This document shows positions 1 to 17,108 of a stretch of DNA of 64,000 bases, piece by piece. The notes under the pieces were generated by a model, which was given only the letters and a program-made list of their open reading frames with translations, had not been told where the DNA came from and ran no database searches. How positions within the stretch are numbered: position 1 is the first letter of the stretch; each line of letters starts with the position of its first letter. The stretch is from Escherichia coli (GTDB lineage: Bacteria > Pseudomonadota > Gammaproteobacteria > Enterobacterales > Enterobacteriaceae): NCBI RefSeq assembly GCF_048403405.1, contig NZ_CP183129.1; one strand, written 5' to 3'. Made by a program: the position numbers and the translations under genes.

Positions 1-97
1 AGGCAAATTCTGTTTCATCAGACCGCTTCTGCGTTCTGAGTTAATCTGTATCAGGCTGAAAATCTTCTCTCATCCGCCAAAACATCTTCGGCGTTGT
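1..97 (-). other. rrn operon spacer between 23S and the 5S gene (5S lies outside the window)
   Basis: Window begins immediately downstream (minus-strand sense) of the 23S 3' end; no 5S sequence is present in 1-97. Confidence 0.6.
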
Positions 98-3001
<2,904 letters not shown>

Positions 3002-3194
3002 TCACAACCCGAAGATGTTTCTTTCGATTCATCATCGTGTTGCGAAAATTTGAGAGACTCACGAACAACTTTCGTTGTTCAGTGTTTCAATTTTCAGCTT
3101 GATCCAGATTTTTAAAGAGCAAATATCTCAAACGTCACCCGAAGATGAGTTTTGAGATATTAAGGCAGGTGACTTTCACTCACAAACCAGCAAG

Positions 3195-3270
3195 TGGCGT
3201 CCCCTAGGGGATTCGAACCCCTGTTACCGCCGTGAAAGGGCGGTGTCCTGGGCCTCTAGACGAAGGGGAC
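3195..3270 (-). tRNA. gltU: tRNA-Glu (UUC) in 16S-23S spacer
   Basis: Reverse complement reads GTCCCCTTCGTCTAGAGGCCCAGGACACCGCCCTTTCACGGCGGTAACAGGGGTTCGAATCCCCTAGGGGACGCCA, the E. coli tRNA-Glu sequence with CCA end. Confidence 0.93.
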
Positions 3271-3355
3271 GTATCAGTCTGCTTCGCAAGACGCCTTGCT
3301 TTTCACTTTCTATCAGACAATCTGTGTGAGCACTGCAAAGAACGCTTCTTTAAGG

Positions 3356-4897
<1,542 letters not shown>

Positions 4898-5059
4898 AAA
4901 AGTTTGATGCTCAAAGAATTAAACTTCGTAATGAATTACGTGTTCACTCTTGAGACTTGGTATTCATTTTTCGTCTTGCGACGTTAAGAATCCGTATCTT
5001 CGAGTGCCCACACAGATTGTCTGATAAATTGTTAAAGAGCAGTGCCGCTTCGCTTTTTC

Positions 5060-5235
5060 TCAGCGGCGCGGGGTGTGCATAATACGCTTTCCCGCTACAG
5101 AGTCAAGCATTTATTTTTGCTTTCTCTGCCGAAGTTCTCAGGAGAACCCCTCTGACCCGGCGGCGTGTTTGCCGTTGTTCCGTGTCAGTGGTGGCGCATT
5201 ATAGGGAGTTATTCCGGCCTGACAAGAGGAAATTT
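5060..5235 (-). promoter_or_regulatory. rrn tandem promoters P1/P2 with upstream AT-rich UP/Fis region
   Basis: Minus-strand reads TTGTCAGGCCGGAATAACTCCCTATAATGCGCCACC (P1) and TTGACTCTGTAGCGGGAAAGCGTATTATGCACACC (P2), classic rrn promoter sequences. Confidence 0.8.
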
Positions 5236-5377
5236 AAAATAATTTTCTGACCGCGCATTTTTTCAGCAAAAGCCCCGTTAATGTGCCATAAAACAAGCAA
5301 TTTGCCGTTTTTGCAACCGTAATCACACTTCCTGGTGGCATACTAAGGAGGAATAAAAAGAAAAAGGAAGATTAGTA

Positions 5378-6070
5378 ATGCCTTTAAGCGCACAACAGTT
5401 AGCTGCACAGAAAAACCTTTCGTATGTTCTGGCTGAGAAGCTGGCGCAACGCATCTTAAAAGGTGAATATGAACCCGGCACCATTTTGCCTGGTGAGATT
5501 GAGCTGGGCGAGCAATTTGGAGTGAGTCGTACAGCGGTACGCGAAGCGGTCAAAACGTTAACGGCAAAAGGGATGGTTTTACCGCGACCGCGAATTGGTA
5601 CCCGGGTCATGCCACAATCAAACTGGAATTTTCTTGATCAGGAATTGCTTACCTGGTGGATGACAGAAGAGAACTTTCATCAGGTCATCGATCACTTTCT
5701 GGTTATGCGTATCTGTCTGGAGCCGCAAGCTTGCCTACTGGCTGCAACGGTTGGCACCGCGGAACAGAAGGCGCATCTCAATACGTTAATGGCCGAAATG
5801 GTGGCATTAAAAGAGAACTTTCGCCGTGAACGCTGGATTGAGGTCGATATGGCTTGGCATGAGCATATCTATGAAATGAGCGCCAATCCGTTTTTGACCT
5901 CATTCGCCTCGCTATTCCATTCGGTTTATCACACTTACTTCACGTCAATTACCAGCGACACAGTGATAAAGCTGGATCTGCACCAGGCGATTGTTGACGC
6001 GATTATCCAAAGCGATGGCGACGCGGCATTTAAAGCTTGTCAGGCGCTGCTACGCTCACCTGATAAGTGA
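5378..6070 (+). CDS. yieP: GntR/FadR-family transcriptional regulator
   Basis: 230-aa ORF with N-terminal winged-HTH signature (GEIELGEQFGVSRTAVREAVKTL) and FadR-type C-terminal domain; position next to hsrA as in E. coli. Confidence 0.85.
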   Translation: MPLSAQQLAAQKNLSYVLAEKLAQRILKGEYEPGTILPGEIELGEQFGVSRTAVREAVKTLTAKGMVLPRPRIGTRVMPQSNWNFLDQELLTWWMTEENFHQVIDHFLVMRICLEPQACLLAATVGTAEQKAHLNTLMAEMVALKENFRRERWIEVDMAWHEHIYEMSANPFLTSFASLFHSVYHTYFTSITSDTVIKLDLHQAIVDAIIQSDGDAAFKACQALLRSPDK

Positions 6071-6092
6071 CACCCCGATAACAGGACATTGA

Positions 6093-7520
6093 ATGAGCGA
6101 TAAAAAGAAGCGCAGTATGGCGGGTTTGCCGTGGATCGCGGCGATGGCCTTCTTCATGCAGGCACTTGATGCCACTATTCTGAATACCGCCTTACCCGCA
6201 ATCGCTCATAGCCTTAATCGTTCTCCTCTCGCGATGCAATCAGCCATCATCAGTTATACGCTGACGGTGGCGATGCTTATTCCGGTAAGCGGATGGCTAG
6301 CCGATCGCTTCGGTACGCGTCGCATATTTACCCTTGCCGTGAGTCTGTTCACGTTGGGTTCTCTGGCCTGCGCACTTTCTAACTCGCTACCACAGCTGGT
6401 TGTCTTCCGGGTTATTCAGGGGATAGGCGGCGCAATGATGATGCCTGTTGCTCGGCTGGCCTTACTGCGCGCTTATCCTCGTAATGAGCTTCTTCCTGTA
6501 TTGAATTTTGTCGCCATGCCGGGTCTGGTGGGGCCAATTTTAGGCCCCGTTCTTGGCGGCGTGCTGGTCACCTGGGCAACCTGGCACTGGATATTTTTAA
6601 TCAATATCCCCATAGGTATTGCGGGCCTTCTTTACGCGCGCAAACATATGCCCAATTTCACCACCGCACGACGCAGATTCGATATCACTGGCTTTTTGCT
6701 GTTTGGCCTTAGCCTTGTTCTCTTCTCAAGCGGAATAGAGCTATTCGGGGAAAAGATTGTCGCCAGTTGGATTGCCTTGACGGTAATTGTCACCAGCATC
6801 GGGTTACTGCTTCTCTATATTCTCCATGCACGACGCACGCCAAACCCATTAATTTCATTAGATTTATTTAAAACCCGCACTTTCTCGATCGGTATCGTAG
6901 GCAATATTGCAACCCGTCTGGGGACCGGCTGTGTACCGTTCCTTATGCCATTGATGTTACAGGTAGGATTTGGTTATCAGGCGTTTATTGCCGGCTGTAT
7001 GATGGCACCGACAGCGTTAGGTTCCATTATTGCAAAATCGATGGTTACCCAAGTCTTACGTCGTCTGGGCTATCGCCATACGTTAGTGGGGATCACGGTG
7101 ATTATTGGGCTAATGATCGCTCAGTTCTCTTTGCAATCACCAGCAATGGCGATATGGATGCTGATCTTGCCGTTGTTTATATTAGGGATGGCTATGTCGA
7201 CGCAATTTACCGCAATGAATACCATCACACTTGCCGATCTGACCGATGACAACGCCAGCAGCGGTAACAGTGTTCTGGCGGTCACGCAGCAACTGTCTAT
7301 CAGTTTAGGCGTTGCTGTAAGTGCGGCCGTCCTTCGCGTTTATGAAGGGATGGAAGGTACAACGACTGTCGAACAATTCCACTATACGTTTATCACAATG
7401 GGCATTATTACTGTTGCTTCAGCAGCAATGTTCATGCTTCTGAAAACAACCGATGGTAATAATTTGATCAAAAGACAGCGTAAATCTAAGCCGAACCGCG
7501 TTCCATCAGAATCGGAGTAA
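6093..7520 (+). CDS. hsrA: MFS efflux transporter (14-TMS drug:H+ antiporter type)
   Basis: 475-aa hydrophobic ORF with MFS motifs ([11 protein letters not shown]); synteny yieP-hsrA-rbsR. Confidence 0.85.
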
Positions 7521-8478
7521 GTTGTAATCGTTGTTGCTGAAGGGTCGGTTGGGTTATCCGATGGATGAGTACATCAATCGCCAGCTCCCCCAGTTCATCT
7601 TTCGGTTGGTGGATAGTGGTTAATGGTGGCGTCATAAAGCTTGCCAGTTCGATATCGTCATAGCCAATCACCGCGATATCCTGCGGAACCTGTAACTCTG
7701 CCTGATACAGCGCCTGGTAAACGCCAACAGCCATAGCGTCATTTCCGGTAAAGACGGCCTGAGGACGCAGCGGGTGTGATAACAGTTGGCGCATAGCGTC
7801 AAACCCGCCGTTAAATTCAAAATCACCAGTGACTTCATAGCCATCAGGAATGTTGAGGCCCGCACGTTTCATCGCCGTCCGATAACCTTCCAACCGCAGG
7901 CGCGCCGGAGTTTTATCCAGCGGACCGGTAATACAGGCGATACGGGTATGACCTTTATCGATCAGATATTGCGTTGCTAAGTCTCCGCCCAGCAACGAGT
8001 TATCCTGAATAAGATCGCTGTCGCCATCGAACGGAGCCCAGTCCATCATCACAGTAGGCACTGTCGGATAACGTTGCATGATTTCACGCGAAGGTTGATG
8101 CGTTTCGGTGCACAGTAACAGCAAGCCATCAACGCGTTTTTGCATCAGCGTTTCCAGATTGCGATTCATCCGCTGTTCATCGCCTTCGGTATTGCAAAGG
8201 ACGAGACTATAACCGCGTTCGAAGCAGCTGCGTTCAACGCCACGCACCAGTTCTGAATAGAAAGGATTGGTACTGGCAGTGATCAACATGCCAATGGTAT
8301 GTGTTTGATTGAGTTTGAGGCTACGCGCCAGGGCTGATGGCGCGTAATTGAGTTCTTTAATCGCCGCTTCAACTTTGGCGGTAATCGCTTCACTGACGAA
8401 GCGATCTTTATTGATAACGTGAGAAACTGTTGAGGTAGAAACGCCCGCCAGGCGGGCAACATCTTTCATTGTAGCCAA
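7486..8478 (-). CDS. rbsR: ribose operon repressor, LacI family
   Basis: 330-aa ORF starting [24 protein letters not shown] (LacI-type HTH); 3' end overlaps hsrA 3' end convergently. Confidence 0.9.
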
Positions 8479-8481
8479 GCG

Positions 8482-9411
8482 TCACCTCTGCCTGTCTAAA
8501 AATGCGTCGATCTCTTCACGCCACGGTACGGAAGGTTGTGCGCCTTTACGTGTTACGGCAATCGCAGCGGCAGCATGGGCAAACCGAATCGCCTCTGGCA
8601 ATGGTTTTTCTTCCAGCAATGCCGTGATTAACGCGCCGTTAAAGGTATCTCCGGCAGCAATGGTATCGACAGCCTGCACCCGGAATCCAGGAACGCGCTG
8701 ACCTTCACCATTCACGCTAACCCATACACCACGACTTCCTAAAGTAATCAGTACAGTACGGATACCTTTTTCATGCAGTACCTGCGCCGCCTTCGCTGCA
8801 TCTTCATCATTTTCAACACGAATACCGGTGAGCTTTTCTGCTTCCGTTTCGTTTGGCGTAATAATGTCCACCAGCGCCAGCAGTTCGTCAGGAAGTTCGC
8901 GAGCCGGAGCCGGGTTAAGCGCAACGATAGTCTTATTTTGATGGGCGATTTTCGCCGCTGCCATCACACTTTCGAGTGGTGATTCCAGCTGCATTAATAA
9001 TGCTGACGCGTTGGCAATACGCTCACGTTGCGCTTCCACCAGCGCCGGGGAAAGGGCAGCATTAGCGCCGGCATGAATACCGATGACATTCTCACCTTCG
9101 CCATTAACAAAAATCAGCGCCACACCTGTTGATTCGCCTTTGATCACGCTGACCGGAGAAATATCGATGTTATCAGTGGCGAGCTGCTGGCGAACGCTCT
9201 CACCAATGCTGTCATCGCCAGTGCAGGCAATAAACGCGATATTCGCACCGCTACGCCCAGCAGCCACAGCCTGATTCGCGCCTTTGCCGCCAAATGCAAC
9301 CTGATAGTGGTTACCGGTTACGGTTTCGCCTGGGGTAGGAAAAGATTGAAGATTAAGAATGTGGTCAGCATTAATGCTGCCAAGAACAACGAGGCTGCCT
9401 GCGTTTTGCAT
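8482..9411 (-). CDS. rbsK: ribokinase
   Basis: PfkB-family sugar kinase ORF; start placed at MQNAGSLVVLGSINADH to match the 309-aa E. coli protein (ORF track extends 9 codons upstream). Confidence 0.88.
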   Translation of the reverse strand: MQNAGSLVVLGSINADHILNLQSFPTPGETVTGNHYQVAFGGKGANQAVAAGRSGANIAFIACTGDDSIGESVRQQLATDNIDISPVSVIKGESTGVALIFVNGEGENVIGIHAGANAALSPALVEAQRERIANASALLMQLESPLESVMAAAKIAHQNKTIVALNPAPARELPDELLALVDIITPNETEAEKLTGIRVENDEDAAKAAQVLHEKGIRTVLITLGSRGVWVSVNGEGQRVPGFRVQAVDTIAAGDTFNGALITALLEEKPLPEAIRFAHAAAAIAVTRKGAQPSVPWREEIDAFLDRQR

Positions 9412-9536
9412 ATTCGGGATGTCCATAAAATGCGCCACCGTGTTAGGGTGGCGCGTGCCCTGCTTTTCTTTATATTACACGTTCATCTGTCGATGACGTA
9501 TTTATGTCACCATCAGGTCATACAACCTGATTAATA

Positions 9537-10427
9537 CTACTGCTTAACAACCAGTTTCAGATCAACCGGATACTTAGCCTGAACTTTCTCGCCTTTCAGC
9601 ACTTTATCTGCGGTTTCGACGCCTTTCGCGCCAATCTGATCGGGTAGCTGAGCGATAGTCGCTGCTAGTTTGCCATCATTCACCGCTTTTTCGCCATCCG
9701 GTGTACCGTCAAATCCGACGACCATCACATCCGATTTACCGGCAGTTTGCAGTGCGCGCAGCGCGCCCAGCGCCATTTCATCATTCTGCGCGAATACAGC
9801 CTGAACATCCGGATGAGCGGTCAACAGGTTCTGCATTACGTTCAAACCTTTGGTGCGATCAAAATCTGCTGGCTGGCTGGCAAGAACATTAAACTTGTGA
9901 GCAGCAACGGCCTGCTGGAAGCCTTCGCCACGTTCACGGGCTGCGGATGTACCAGCAATGCCTTGCAGCTCGATAACTTTGGCACCTTCGCCCGCTTTCT
10001 TCGCGATGTAATCACCGGCGATTTTGCCGCCCAGTACGTTATCAGAAGCAATGTGGCTCACCACTTCACCTTTCGTTGCCTGGCGGTCAAGAGTGATAAC
10101 CGGGATGTTCGCCTGATTAGCCATCTTCACAGCATTACCCACTGCGTCGGAGTCGGTCGGGTTAATCAGCAGAATTTTGGTGCCGCGAACGGTTAAGTCC
10201 TGCACGTTCGCCAGCTCTTTCGCCGGGTTGTTCTGGGAGTCCAGCACCACCAGGTTATAGCCAAGTTTATCCGCCTCTTTCTGCGCGCCATCTTTCAGCG
10301 ATACAAAGAACGGGTTGTTAAGCGTGGAGACCACCAGCGCGATGGTATCTTTTGCCATCGCATTCGCACTGACGGTGGCGCTTAGCGCAACAGCGGAAAC
10401 CAGGGTAGCCAGTTTTTTCATGTTCAT
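9537..10427 (-). CDS. rbsB: ribose ABC transporter periplasmic binding protein
   Basis: ORF with signal peptide [25 protein letters not shown] followed by periplasmic binding fold; start chosen at second ATG (296 aa) by recollection. Confidence 0.88.
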   Translation of the reverse strand: MNMKKLATLVSAVALSATVSANAMAKDTIALVVSTLNNPFFVSLKDGAQKEADKLGYNLVVLDSQNNPAKELANVQDLTVRGTKILLINPTDSDAVGNAVKMANQANIPVITLDRQATKGEVVSHIASDNVLGGKIAGDYIAKKAGEGAKVIELQGIAGTSAARERGEGFQQAVAAHKFNVLASQPADFDRTKGLNVMQNLLTAHPDVQAVFAQNDEMALGALRALQTAGKSDVMVVGFDGTPDGEKAVNDGKLAATIAQLPDQIGAKGVETADKVLKGEKVQAKYPVDLKLVVKQ

Positions 10428-10451
10428 ATTCAAGATGTCCTGTAGTCGTTA

Positions 10452-11417
10452 TTACTGCTTTTTGTTGTCTACCAGCACCGCCAGCAAAATCACCACCGCT
10501 TTGACGATCATCTGGTAATAGGAGGAAACACCTAACAAATTCAATCCATTATTAAGGAAGCCAAGAATTAATGCGCCGATCAACGTCCCAACAATGCGAC
10601 CTTTTCCGCCCGCCAGACTCGTACCGCCCAGAACCACCGCAGCAATAGCATCCAGCTCATAGCCAGTCCCCGCCGTGGGTTGTGCGGAGGAGAGACGCGC
10701 CACTTCAATGATCCCGGCCAGCGATGCCAGCAGACCACAAAGAGAATAGACGATGATTTTGATTTTATTGACGTTGATACCAGAAAGACGCGTTGCCGCT
10801 TCGTTGCCGCCCAGCGCGTAGATGTAACGCCCCAGACGCGTGTGATGCAGCATGTACCAGGCCGCGAGGAAGACAATCCCCATGATCCAGACTGGCGTCG
10901 GTACGCCCAGCGGACGACCGATCCCAAACCAGCCAAACAGATCGGCGTTCTCAGTAAAGCCGGTATTCACTGGGCTACCGTTGGTATAAACCATGGTCAC
11001 GCCGCGCAGTAAAAGCATCATAACCAGCGTAGCGATAAACGCCTGGACGCGACCTTTCGCTACAATCACCCCGGTTACCGCACCAATTGCGGCACCTAAT
11101 GCGAGAGCAGCAGCGACAGCCACCAGCGCATTGACTTCAATGCCAACGATAGATGCAGCAACTGCGCCGGTCAGCGCCAACAGAGAACCTACCGACAAGT
11201 CGATGCCCGACGTCAGGATCACCAGCGTCATCCCGACTGCCATAATGGCGTTCACCGAGGTTTGCTGGAGAATATTGAATAAGTTATTGATGGTGAAAAA
11301 GTTCGGACTTAACGTCGAGACAATCGCGATCAGCACCAGCAGAGCGATAAGCGATTTCTGCTCCATCAGCCACGCTTTCGTGAAATAACGGCGACCAGAG
11401 ACAGTCTGGGTTGTCAT
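10452..11417 (-). CDS. rbsC: ribose ABC transporter permease
   Basis: 321-aa polytopic membrane ORF in rbs operon position. Confidence 0.9.
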   Translation of the reverse strand: MTTQTVSGRRYFTKAWLMEQKSLIALLVLIAIVSTLSPNFFTINNLFNILQQTSVNAIMAVGMTLVILTSGIDLSVGSLLALTGAVAASIVGIEVNALVAVAAALALGAAIGAVTGVIVAKGRVQAFIATLVMMLLLRGVTMVYTNGSPVNTGFTENADLFGWFGIGRPLGVPTPVWIMGIVFLAAWYMLHHTRLGRYIYALGGNEAATRLSGINVNKIKIIVYSLCGLLASLAGIIEVARLSSAQPTAGTGYELDAIAAVVLGGTSLAGGKGRIVGTLIGALILGFLNNGLNLLGVSSYYQMIVKAVVILLAVLVDNKKQ

Positions 11418-11421
11418 TTTT

Positions 11422-12927
11422 TTACTCCTGATTCACGCGATTAAGCTTGCCCACAGCGGCAGCCATTAACACTTCCTGGGTGGCCTGCTCACGAGTAAAT
11501 TCCCCGCTGAGATGCCCTTCATGCATGACGATGATGCGATCGCTCATGCCTAATACTTCTGGCATCTCCGATGACACCAGAATGATGCTCAAGCCATCGG
11601 CTTTGAACTGGTTAATCAGTTGATAGATCTCTTTTTTCGCGCCGACATCTACGCCACGGGTAGGCTCATCGAGGATCAACACTTTGGGGCGTGTCATCAG
11701 ACCACGGGCAATCGCCACTTTTTGCTGATTGCCACCGGAAAGCAGACCAATTGCCTGTTCCATCGACGGCGTTTTCACATTAAACAGACGAATGAAATCA
11801 CTTACTGCCTGCTGTTCATCGGCATGCTTCAAACTGCCGCCAGCGCGGCTGAAGTAGCGCAGCGCGGTCAGCGACATATTCTCTTTTACTGACATGCCCA
11901 GCACTAAACCGTCACGTTTACGGTCTTCGGAGATATACACAATGCCGTTTGCCAGGCCATCCTGCGGTGAACGGGTAACAACTTCATGCCCATCCAGGGT
12001 GACGTAACCGCTGGTGCGCGGCAGTGCGCCGTAGAGCACTTTCATCAGTTCGGTACAACCTGCGCCCATCAAACCAGAGACGCCAAGAATTTCGCCTTTG
12101 CGTAAAGTAAAAGAGACATCGTTAACGCCAGGTCCGCAGAGATTATCGACTTTCAGGCGAATATCTCCTGGCGCTTTGTCCAGGTGCGGATATTGATCTT
12201 CCAGCTTGCGGCCCACCATCATCTCAATCAGCGAATCTTCGGTCAGTGATGCTACTTCACGCTCAGCAATAAATTGCCCATCACGAAAAACGGTAACGTC
12301 ATCGCAAATCTCGAAGATTTCTTTCATGCGGTGGGAAATATAGACAATACCGCGGCCTTGCGATTTCAGCTCGCGGATGACGCGGAACAAGGATTCGGTT
12401 TCGGTATCGGTCAGCGCATCGGTCGGTTCATCCATAATGATGACTTTCGACTCAAAGCTCAGCACTTTGGCGATTTCAACCATTTGCTGGTCACCGATGG
12501 AAAGATCGCCCACTAACTTGTCGCTTTTAAAGCGCAGGTTAAGTTTAGCCAGCAATTTATCCGCTTCGGCATACATGGTTTTCCAGTCAATTTTGCCAAA
12601 GCGATTAACAAACTCACGACCGAGGAAAATGTTTTCGGCAATGGTCAACTGCGGGATCAGGTTCAGTTCCTGATGGATAATCCCAATCCCGGCTTCCTGG
12701 GAAGATTTCGGCCCGGTAAACGTCGTTTCTTTCCCCAGCCATAAAAGCGTACCGGCATCGCGAGTATAGATACCCGTAAGCACTTTCATCATGGTGGATT
12801 TACCCGCACCGTTTTCGCCCACCAGCGCCATCACGCGGCCAGGATAGACATTTAACGCTGCACCCGAGAGGGCTTTTACGCCCGGGAAGGCTTTATCGAT
12901 GCCTTTAAGCTGAAGTAATGCTTCCAT
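11422..12927 (-). CDS. rbsA: ribose ABC transporter ATP-binding protein (duplicated ABC domains)
   Basis: 501-aa ORF with two Walker A motifs (GENGAGKST and GLMGAGCTE) and two LSGG signatures. Confidence 0.92.
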   Translation of the reverse strand: MEALLQLKGIDKAFPGVKALSGAALNVYPGRVMALVGENGAGKSTMMKVLTGIYTRDAGTLLWLGKETTFTGPKSSQEAGIGIIHQELNLIPQLTIAENIFLGREFVNRFGKIDWKTMYAEADKLLAKLNLRFKSDKLVGDLSIGDQQMVEIAKVLSFESKVIIMDEPTDALTDTETESLFRVIRELKSQGRGIVYISHRMKEIFEICDDVTVFRDGQFIAEREVASLTEDSLIEMMVGRKLEDQYPHLDKAPGDIRLKVDNLCGPGVNDVSFTLRKGEILGVSGLMGAGCTELMKVLYGALPRTSGYVTLDGHEVVTRSPQDGLANGIVYISEDRKRDGLVLGMSVKENMSLTALRYFSRAGGSLKHADEQQAVSDFIRLFNVKTPSMEQAIGLLSGGNQQKVAIARGLMTRPKVLILDEPTRGVDVGAKKEIYQLINQFKADGLSIILVSSEMPEVLGMSDRIIVMHEGHLSGEFTREQATQEVLMAAAVGKLNRVNQE

Positions 12928-12934
12928 GACGGCC

Positions 12935-13354
12935 TCAGAACGTCACGCCAGCACAGAGAATGATATTCGCATACGGAGAACATTCTCCGCTGCGAATTAC
13001 CGCCTGACTTTCTGCGGTTTGTTGTTTGAATTGTTCATGCGTGGTGTAACGAATTTCAATGGTATTTCCCTGGTGTTTTTGCAGCTGCTCAAAGTGAGTG
13101 AGCAACGTTTCGTGGAGTTGCGGATTATGTTGTTTGATCTCTTCCGCGATAATGGCTGCCTCGACCTGCATTTCATTTGTGACGACGCCCAGCACCTGCA
13201 TAAAAGAAGGTACACCCTGGGTTAATGCCATATCGATACGCGTTGTACTTTTGGGGATGGGTAAACCTGCATCACACACCACCAGCGTATCGGTATGTCC
13301 CAGTCGGGAGATCACCGATGAAATATCAGAATTAAGAACGGTGCCTTTTTTCAT
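12935..13354 (-). CDS. rbsD: D-ribose pyranase
   Basis: ORF matches RbsD beginning [34 protein letters not shown]; start trimmed to give 139 aa. Confidence 0.88.
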   Translation of the reverse strand: MKKGTVLNSDISSVISRLGHTDTLVVCDAGLPIPKSTTRIDMALTQGVPSFMQVLGVVTNEMQVEAAIIAEEIKQHNPQLHETLLTHFEQLQKHQGNTIEIRYTTHEQFKQQTAESQAVIRSGECSPYANIILCAGVTF

Positions 13355-13520
13355 TTTTTTCTCCATCAGCGAAACGTTTCGCTGACCCGCAGTTTAATCC
13401 TGACTGAGTTGGGAAAACCATCATGACGTTACGGAAATGTGATCAACCTCGAAACGTTTTACATGGTGATTAACCATGAAAACAAAAACGCCCCCTTATG
13501 GAGAAAGGAGGCGTCTGGCG

Positions 13521-15389
13521 TTAGATTTCGACCTGAGTACCCAGTTCGATAACCCTGTTTGGCGGGATTTCAAATTGATCTGGTGCACGCAGCGCATTAC
13601 GTTGCAGCAGCAAGTACAGTTTGCCGCGCAGACGCAAATACCACGGGCGTTTGCCGAGGATCAACGACTCATGCGACATAAAGAAGGAGGTTTCCATCAT
13701 CCGGCAACTTAATCCTTCCAGACCGCAGCGGTGGAAAACTTCTTCCACGTTTGGCGTTTCTCGCCAACCATAACTTGCTACCACGCGCCAGAAAGTGGGC
13801 GACAGTTGTTCAATCTGTACCCGACGGACGTTATGGACATAAGGCGCGTCTTCGGTGCGCAGAGTTAACAGAATCACCCGCTCATGCAATACCTTGTTAT
13901 GTTTAAGGTTATGCATCAGCGCAAAGGGAATGACGTTGATTGCACGTGACATATACACCGCGGTCCCGGGCACGCGAACGGGCGGTGATTTCTCCAGCGA
14001 AGCAATCATCGCTTCCAGAGAGTTACCATGTTCATGCCTCCGCCGCAGCAAACGGAAACGTTCGCTCTTCCAGGTGGTCATCACGATAAACATCACCGTA
14101 CCGAGGCTCAATGGCAACCAGCCGCCGGAGAGCAGTTTATCGAGGTTAGCGGTGAACAATGGAATATCGACACAAAGGAAAGCAATCAGGATCAGCGCAA
14201 CAAAATACTTATTCCAGTGCCAGTTCTGACGCGCCACGGTAGTCGAGAGAATAGACGTCAGCACCATGGTTCCGGTCACCGCAATCCCGTACGCCGCCGC
14301 CAGGTTGCTGGAGTGCTCAAAGCTGACAATCACAATCACGACCGCGACATAGAGCATCCAGTTCACAAACGGAATATAGATTTGCCCTGACTCCATTTCG
14401 GAGGTGTGAATAATGCGCATCGGCGACAAATATCCCAGACGTACCGCCTGACGCGTCAATGAGAAGACGCCAGAGATAACCGCCTGCGAGGCAATTACCG
14501 TCGCCAGTGCGGCGATGATCAGCAGCGGGATCAGCGCCCAGTCCGGTGCCAACAGGAAGAACGGGTTCTTAATCGCTTCCGGGTTCTTTAACAACAACGC
14601 TCCCTGACCGAAGTAATTAAGGGTCAAGGAAGGTAATACGACGGTGAACCACGCCAGGCGAATAGGGAACTTACCAAAGTGCCCCATATCAGCATACAGC
14701 GCCTCGACCCCCGTAATCGACAGCACCACTGCCCCTAATGCAATAAAAGAAACCGTTTTGTATTCAAGGAAGAAATGCACCGCCCACATCGGATTCAGCG
14801 CATGCAGCACTTCCGGGTTAGCAATAATGCTACGTAACCCCAGTACTGCCAGAATCAAAAACCAGGTCAGCATGATCGGCGCAAACAGCTTACCGACCAT
14901 AGCCGTGCCATGTTTTTGAATCATAAATAGTAAAGTGAGAACGATGATTGAGAGGGGAACTATCCAGGTATCCAGCTGCGGGGCGACGATTTCCAGACCT
15001 TCAATGGCTGACATCACCGAAATAGCGGGTGTTATGACGACTTCACCATAGAAAAAGCTGCCGCCGATTAGCCCCATAATCACCAGCATTGATGTGGTTC
15101 GCGCCGACGTATTACGCCCGGCAAGCGACATCAACGTCAGGATCCCCCCTTCACCGGCGTTATCTGCCCGCATCACGAAGGTGAGATATTTAATGGAAAC
15201 CACAAAGATTAGCAGCCAGAAGATCAGCGATAAAAAGCCAAACACGGCATCGCGTTCAACGCCAAAACCAAACTGGCCGGACAAACATTCACGAAGTGTA
15301 TATAACGGGCTGGTACCAATATCGCCGTAGACAACTCCAATCGCCGCGAGGGTAATCGCGGGCAATGATTGCTTATTATCAGTGCTCAT
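13521..15389 (-). CDS. kup: low-affinity K+ uptake transporter (KUP family)
   Basis: 622-aa ORF, N-terminal membrane domain plus C-terminal cytoplasmic domain; sequence recognised as E. coli Kup (TrkD). Confidence 0.92.
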   Translation of the reverse strand: MSTDNKQSLPAITLAAIGVVYGDIGTSPLYTLRECLSGQFGFGVERDAVFGFLSLIFWLLIFVVSIKYLTFVMRADNAGEGGILTLMSLAGRNTSARTTSMLVIMGLIGGSFFYGEVVITPAISVMSAIEGLEIVAPQLDTWIVPLSIIVLTLLFMIQKHGTAMVGKLFAPIMLTWFLILAVLGLRSIIANPEVLHALNPMWAVHFFLEYKTVSFIALGAVVLSITGVEALYADMGHFGKFPIRLAWFTVVLPSLTLNYFGQGALLLKNPEAIKNPFFLLAPDWALIPLLIIAALATVIASQAVISGVFSLTRQAVRLGYLSPMRIIHTSEMESGQIYIPFVNWMLYVAVVIVIVSFEHSSNLAAAYGIAVTGTMVLTSILSTTVARQNWHWNKYFVALILIAFLCVDIPLFTANLDKLLSGGWLPLSLGTVMFIVMTTWKSERFRLLRRRHEHGNSLEAMIASLEKSPPVRVPGTAVYMSRAINVIPFALMHNLKHNKVLHERVILLTLRTEDAPYVHNVRRVQIEQLSPTFWRVVASYGWRETPNVEEVFHRCGLEGLSCRMMETSFFMSHESLILGKRPWYLRLRGKLYLLLQRNALRAPDQFEIPPNRVIELGTQVEI

Positions 15390-15611
15390 AGACTAGTCTT
15401 TCGTTGAAATATGAAATGTGTGCTTAGTCCCTTGGCCCACAAAAAAGCGCACAGTATGCACGATTAACGGCAAAATCGTACTCCTAAATGCGGCCACATT
15501 AACCTGGCTCAAAGAAAAATACCCCCCCTTTGAGACTATTTTAGCCACCAGCAAGAAACGTCTATACTCGCAATTTACGCAGAACTTTTGACGAAAGGAC
15601 GCCACTTCATT

Positions 15612-17108
15612 ATGGCTCACCCTCATTTATTAGCGGAAAGAATTTCCCGCCTGAGCAGTTCGTTGGAAAAGGGGCTTTATGAACGTAGCCACGCCATCCG
15701 CTTGTGTTTATTAGCGGCATTAAGTGGTGAAAGTGTGTTCCTCCTTGGCCCGCCAGGCATTGCCAAAAGTTTGATCGCCCGGCGCTTAAAATTCGCCTTT
15801 CAGAATGCCCGCGCGTTTGAATATCTGATGACCCGCTTCTCCACGCCGGAAGAGGTTTTTGGTCCCCTTTCTATTCAGGCGCTAAAAGATGAAGGGCGCT
15901 ATGAACGTTTAACCAGCGGTTACCTGCCGGAAGCAGAAATCGTCTTTCTGGATGAGATCTGGAAAGCGGGCCCGGCAATTCTTAATACCTTGCTCACCGC
16001 CATTAACGAGCGCCAGTTCCGCAACGGTGCACACGTAGAAAAAATCCCGATGCGCCTGCTGGTGGCGGCCTCCAACGAGCTGCCGGAAGCAGACAGCAGT
16101 CTGGAAGCGTTATATGACCGCATGCTGATTCGTCTGTGGTTAGATAAAGTGCAGGATAAAGCGAATTTCCGCTCCATGCTGACCAGTCAACAGGATGAAA
16201 ACGACAATCCGGTTCCTGCCTCCTTGCAGGTCACAGATGAAGAATATGAACGCTGGCAGAAAGAGATTGGTGAAATTACGCTGCCCGATCATGTATTTGA
16301 GCTGATTTTTATGCTGCGCCAGCAACTGGATAAATTACCGGATGCGCCTTATGTCTCGGATCGTCGCTGGAAAAAAGCGATTCGATTATTGCAGGCCAGC
16401 GCCTTTTTTAGCGGTCGCAGTGCTGTTGCCCCGGTTGATCTCATTTTGCTGAAAGATTGCCTGTGGTATGACGCGCAAAGCCTGAATTTGATACAACAAC
16501 AAATTGATGTATTGATGACCGGTCATGCCTGGCAACAGCAAGGGATGTTGACCCGTCTGGGCGCGATTGTGCAACGTCACCTGCAACTCCAGCAGCAACA
16601 AAGCGATAAAACAGCCTTAACGGTAATTCGTCTGGGCGGCATTTTCAGCCGTCGTCAGCAGTATCAACTTCCTGTTAACGTTACTGCTTCCACTCTGACT
16701 CTGCTGCTGCAAAAACCGTTAAAATTGCATGATATGGAAGTGGTTCATATCTCCTTTGAGCGTAACGCGCTGGAACAGTGGCTGAGTAAAGGTGGTGAAA
16801 TTCGCGGCAAACTGAACGGTATCGGCTTTGCCCAGAAACTGAATCTGGAAGTTGATAGTGCCCAACATCTTGTTGTACGCGATGTAAGTTTACAAGGCAG
16901 TACGCTGGCACTTCCCGGTTCATCGGCTGAAGGTCTGCCAGGTGAAATAAAACAACAACTGGAAGAGCTTGAAAGCGACTGGCGCAAGCAACACGCTTTA
17001 TTCAGCGAACAGCAAAAATGTCTGTTTATCCCTGGCGACTGGTTAGGTCGCATTGAAGCCAGCCTACAGGATGTCGGCGCACAGATTCGCCAGGCACAAC
17101 AATGCTAA
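15612..17108 (+). CDS. ravA: MoxR-family AAA+ ATPase
   Basis: ORF contains [53 protein letters not shown] (Walker A); start moved to MAHPHLL to give 498 aa. Confidence 0.9.
   Translation: MAHPHLLAERISRLSSSLEKGLYERSHAIRLCLLAALSGESVFLLGPPGIAKSLIARRLKFAFQNARAFEYLMTRFSTPEEVFGPLSIQALKDEGRYERLTSGYLPEAEIVFLDEIWKAGPAILNTLLTAINERQFRNGAHVEKIPMRLLVAASNELPEADSSLEALYDRMLIRLWLDKVQDKANFRSMLTSQQDENDNPVPASLQVTDEEYERWQKEIGEITLPDHVFELIFMLRQQLDKLPDAPYVSDRRWKKAIRLLQASAFFSGRSAVAPVDLILLKDCLWYDAQSLNLIQQQIDVLMTGHAWQQQGMLTRLGAIVQRHLQLQQQQSDKTALTVIRLGGIFSRRQQYQLPVNVTASTLTLLLQKPLKLHDMEVVHISFERNALEQWLSKGGEIRGKLNGIGFAQKLNLEVDSAQHLVVRDVSLQGSTLALPGSSAEGLPGEIKQQLEELESDWRKQHALFSEQQKCLFIPGDWLGRIEASLQDVGAQIRQAQQC

Noticed and set aside
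1-97. Expected 5S rRNA gene at the start of the window
   Set aside because: Sequence 1-97 does not match 5S; the 23S 3' end is at 98, so the 5S gene must lie beyond the window start.
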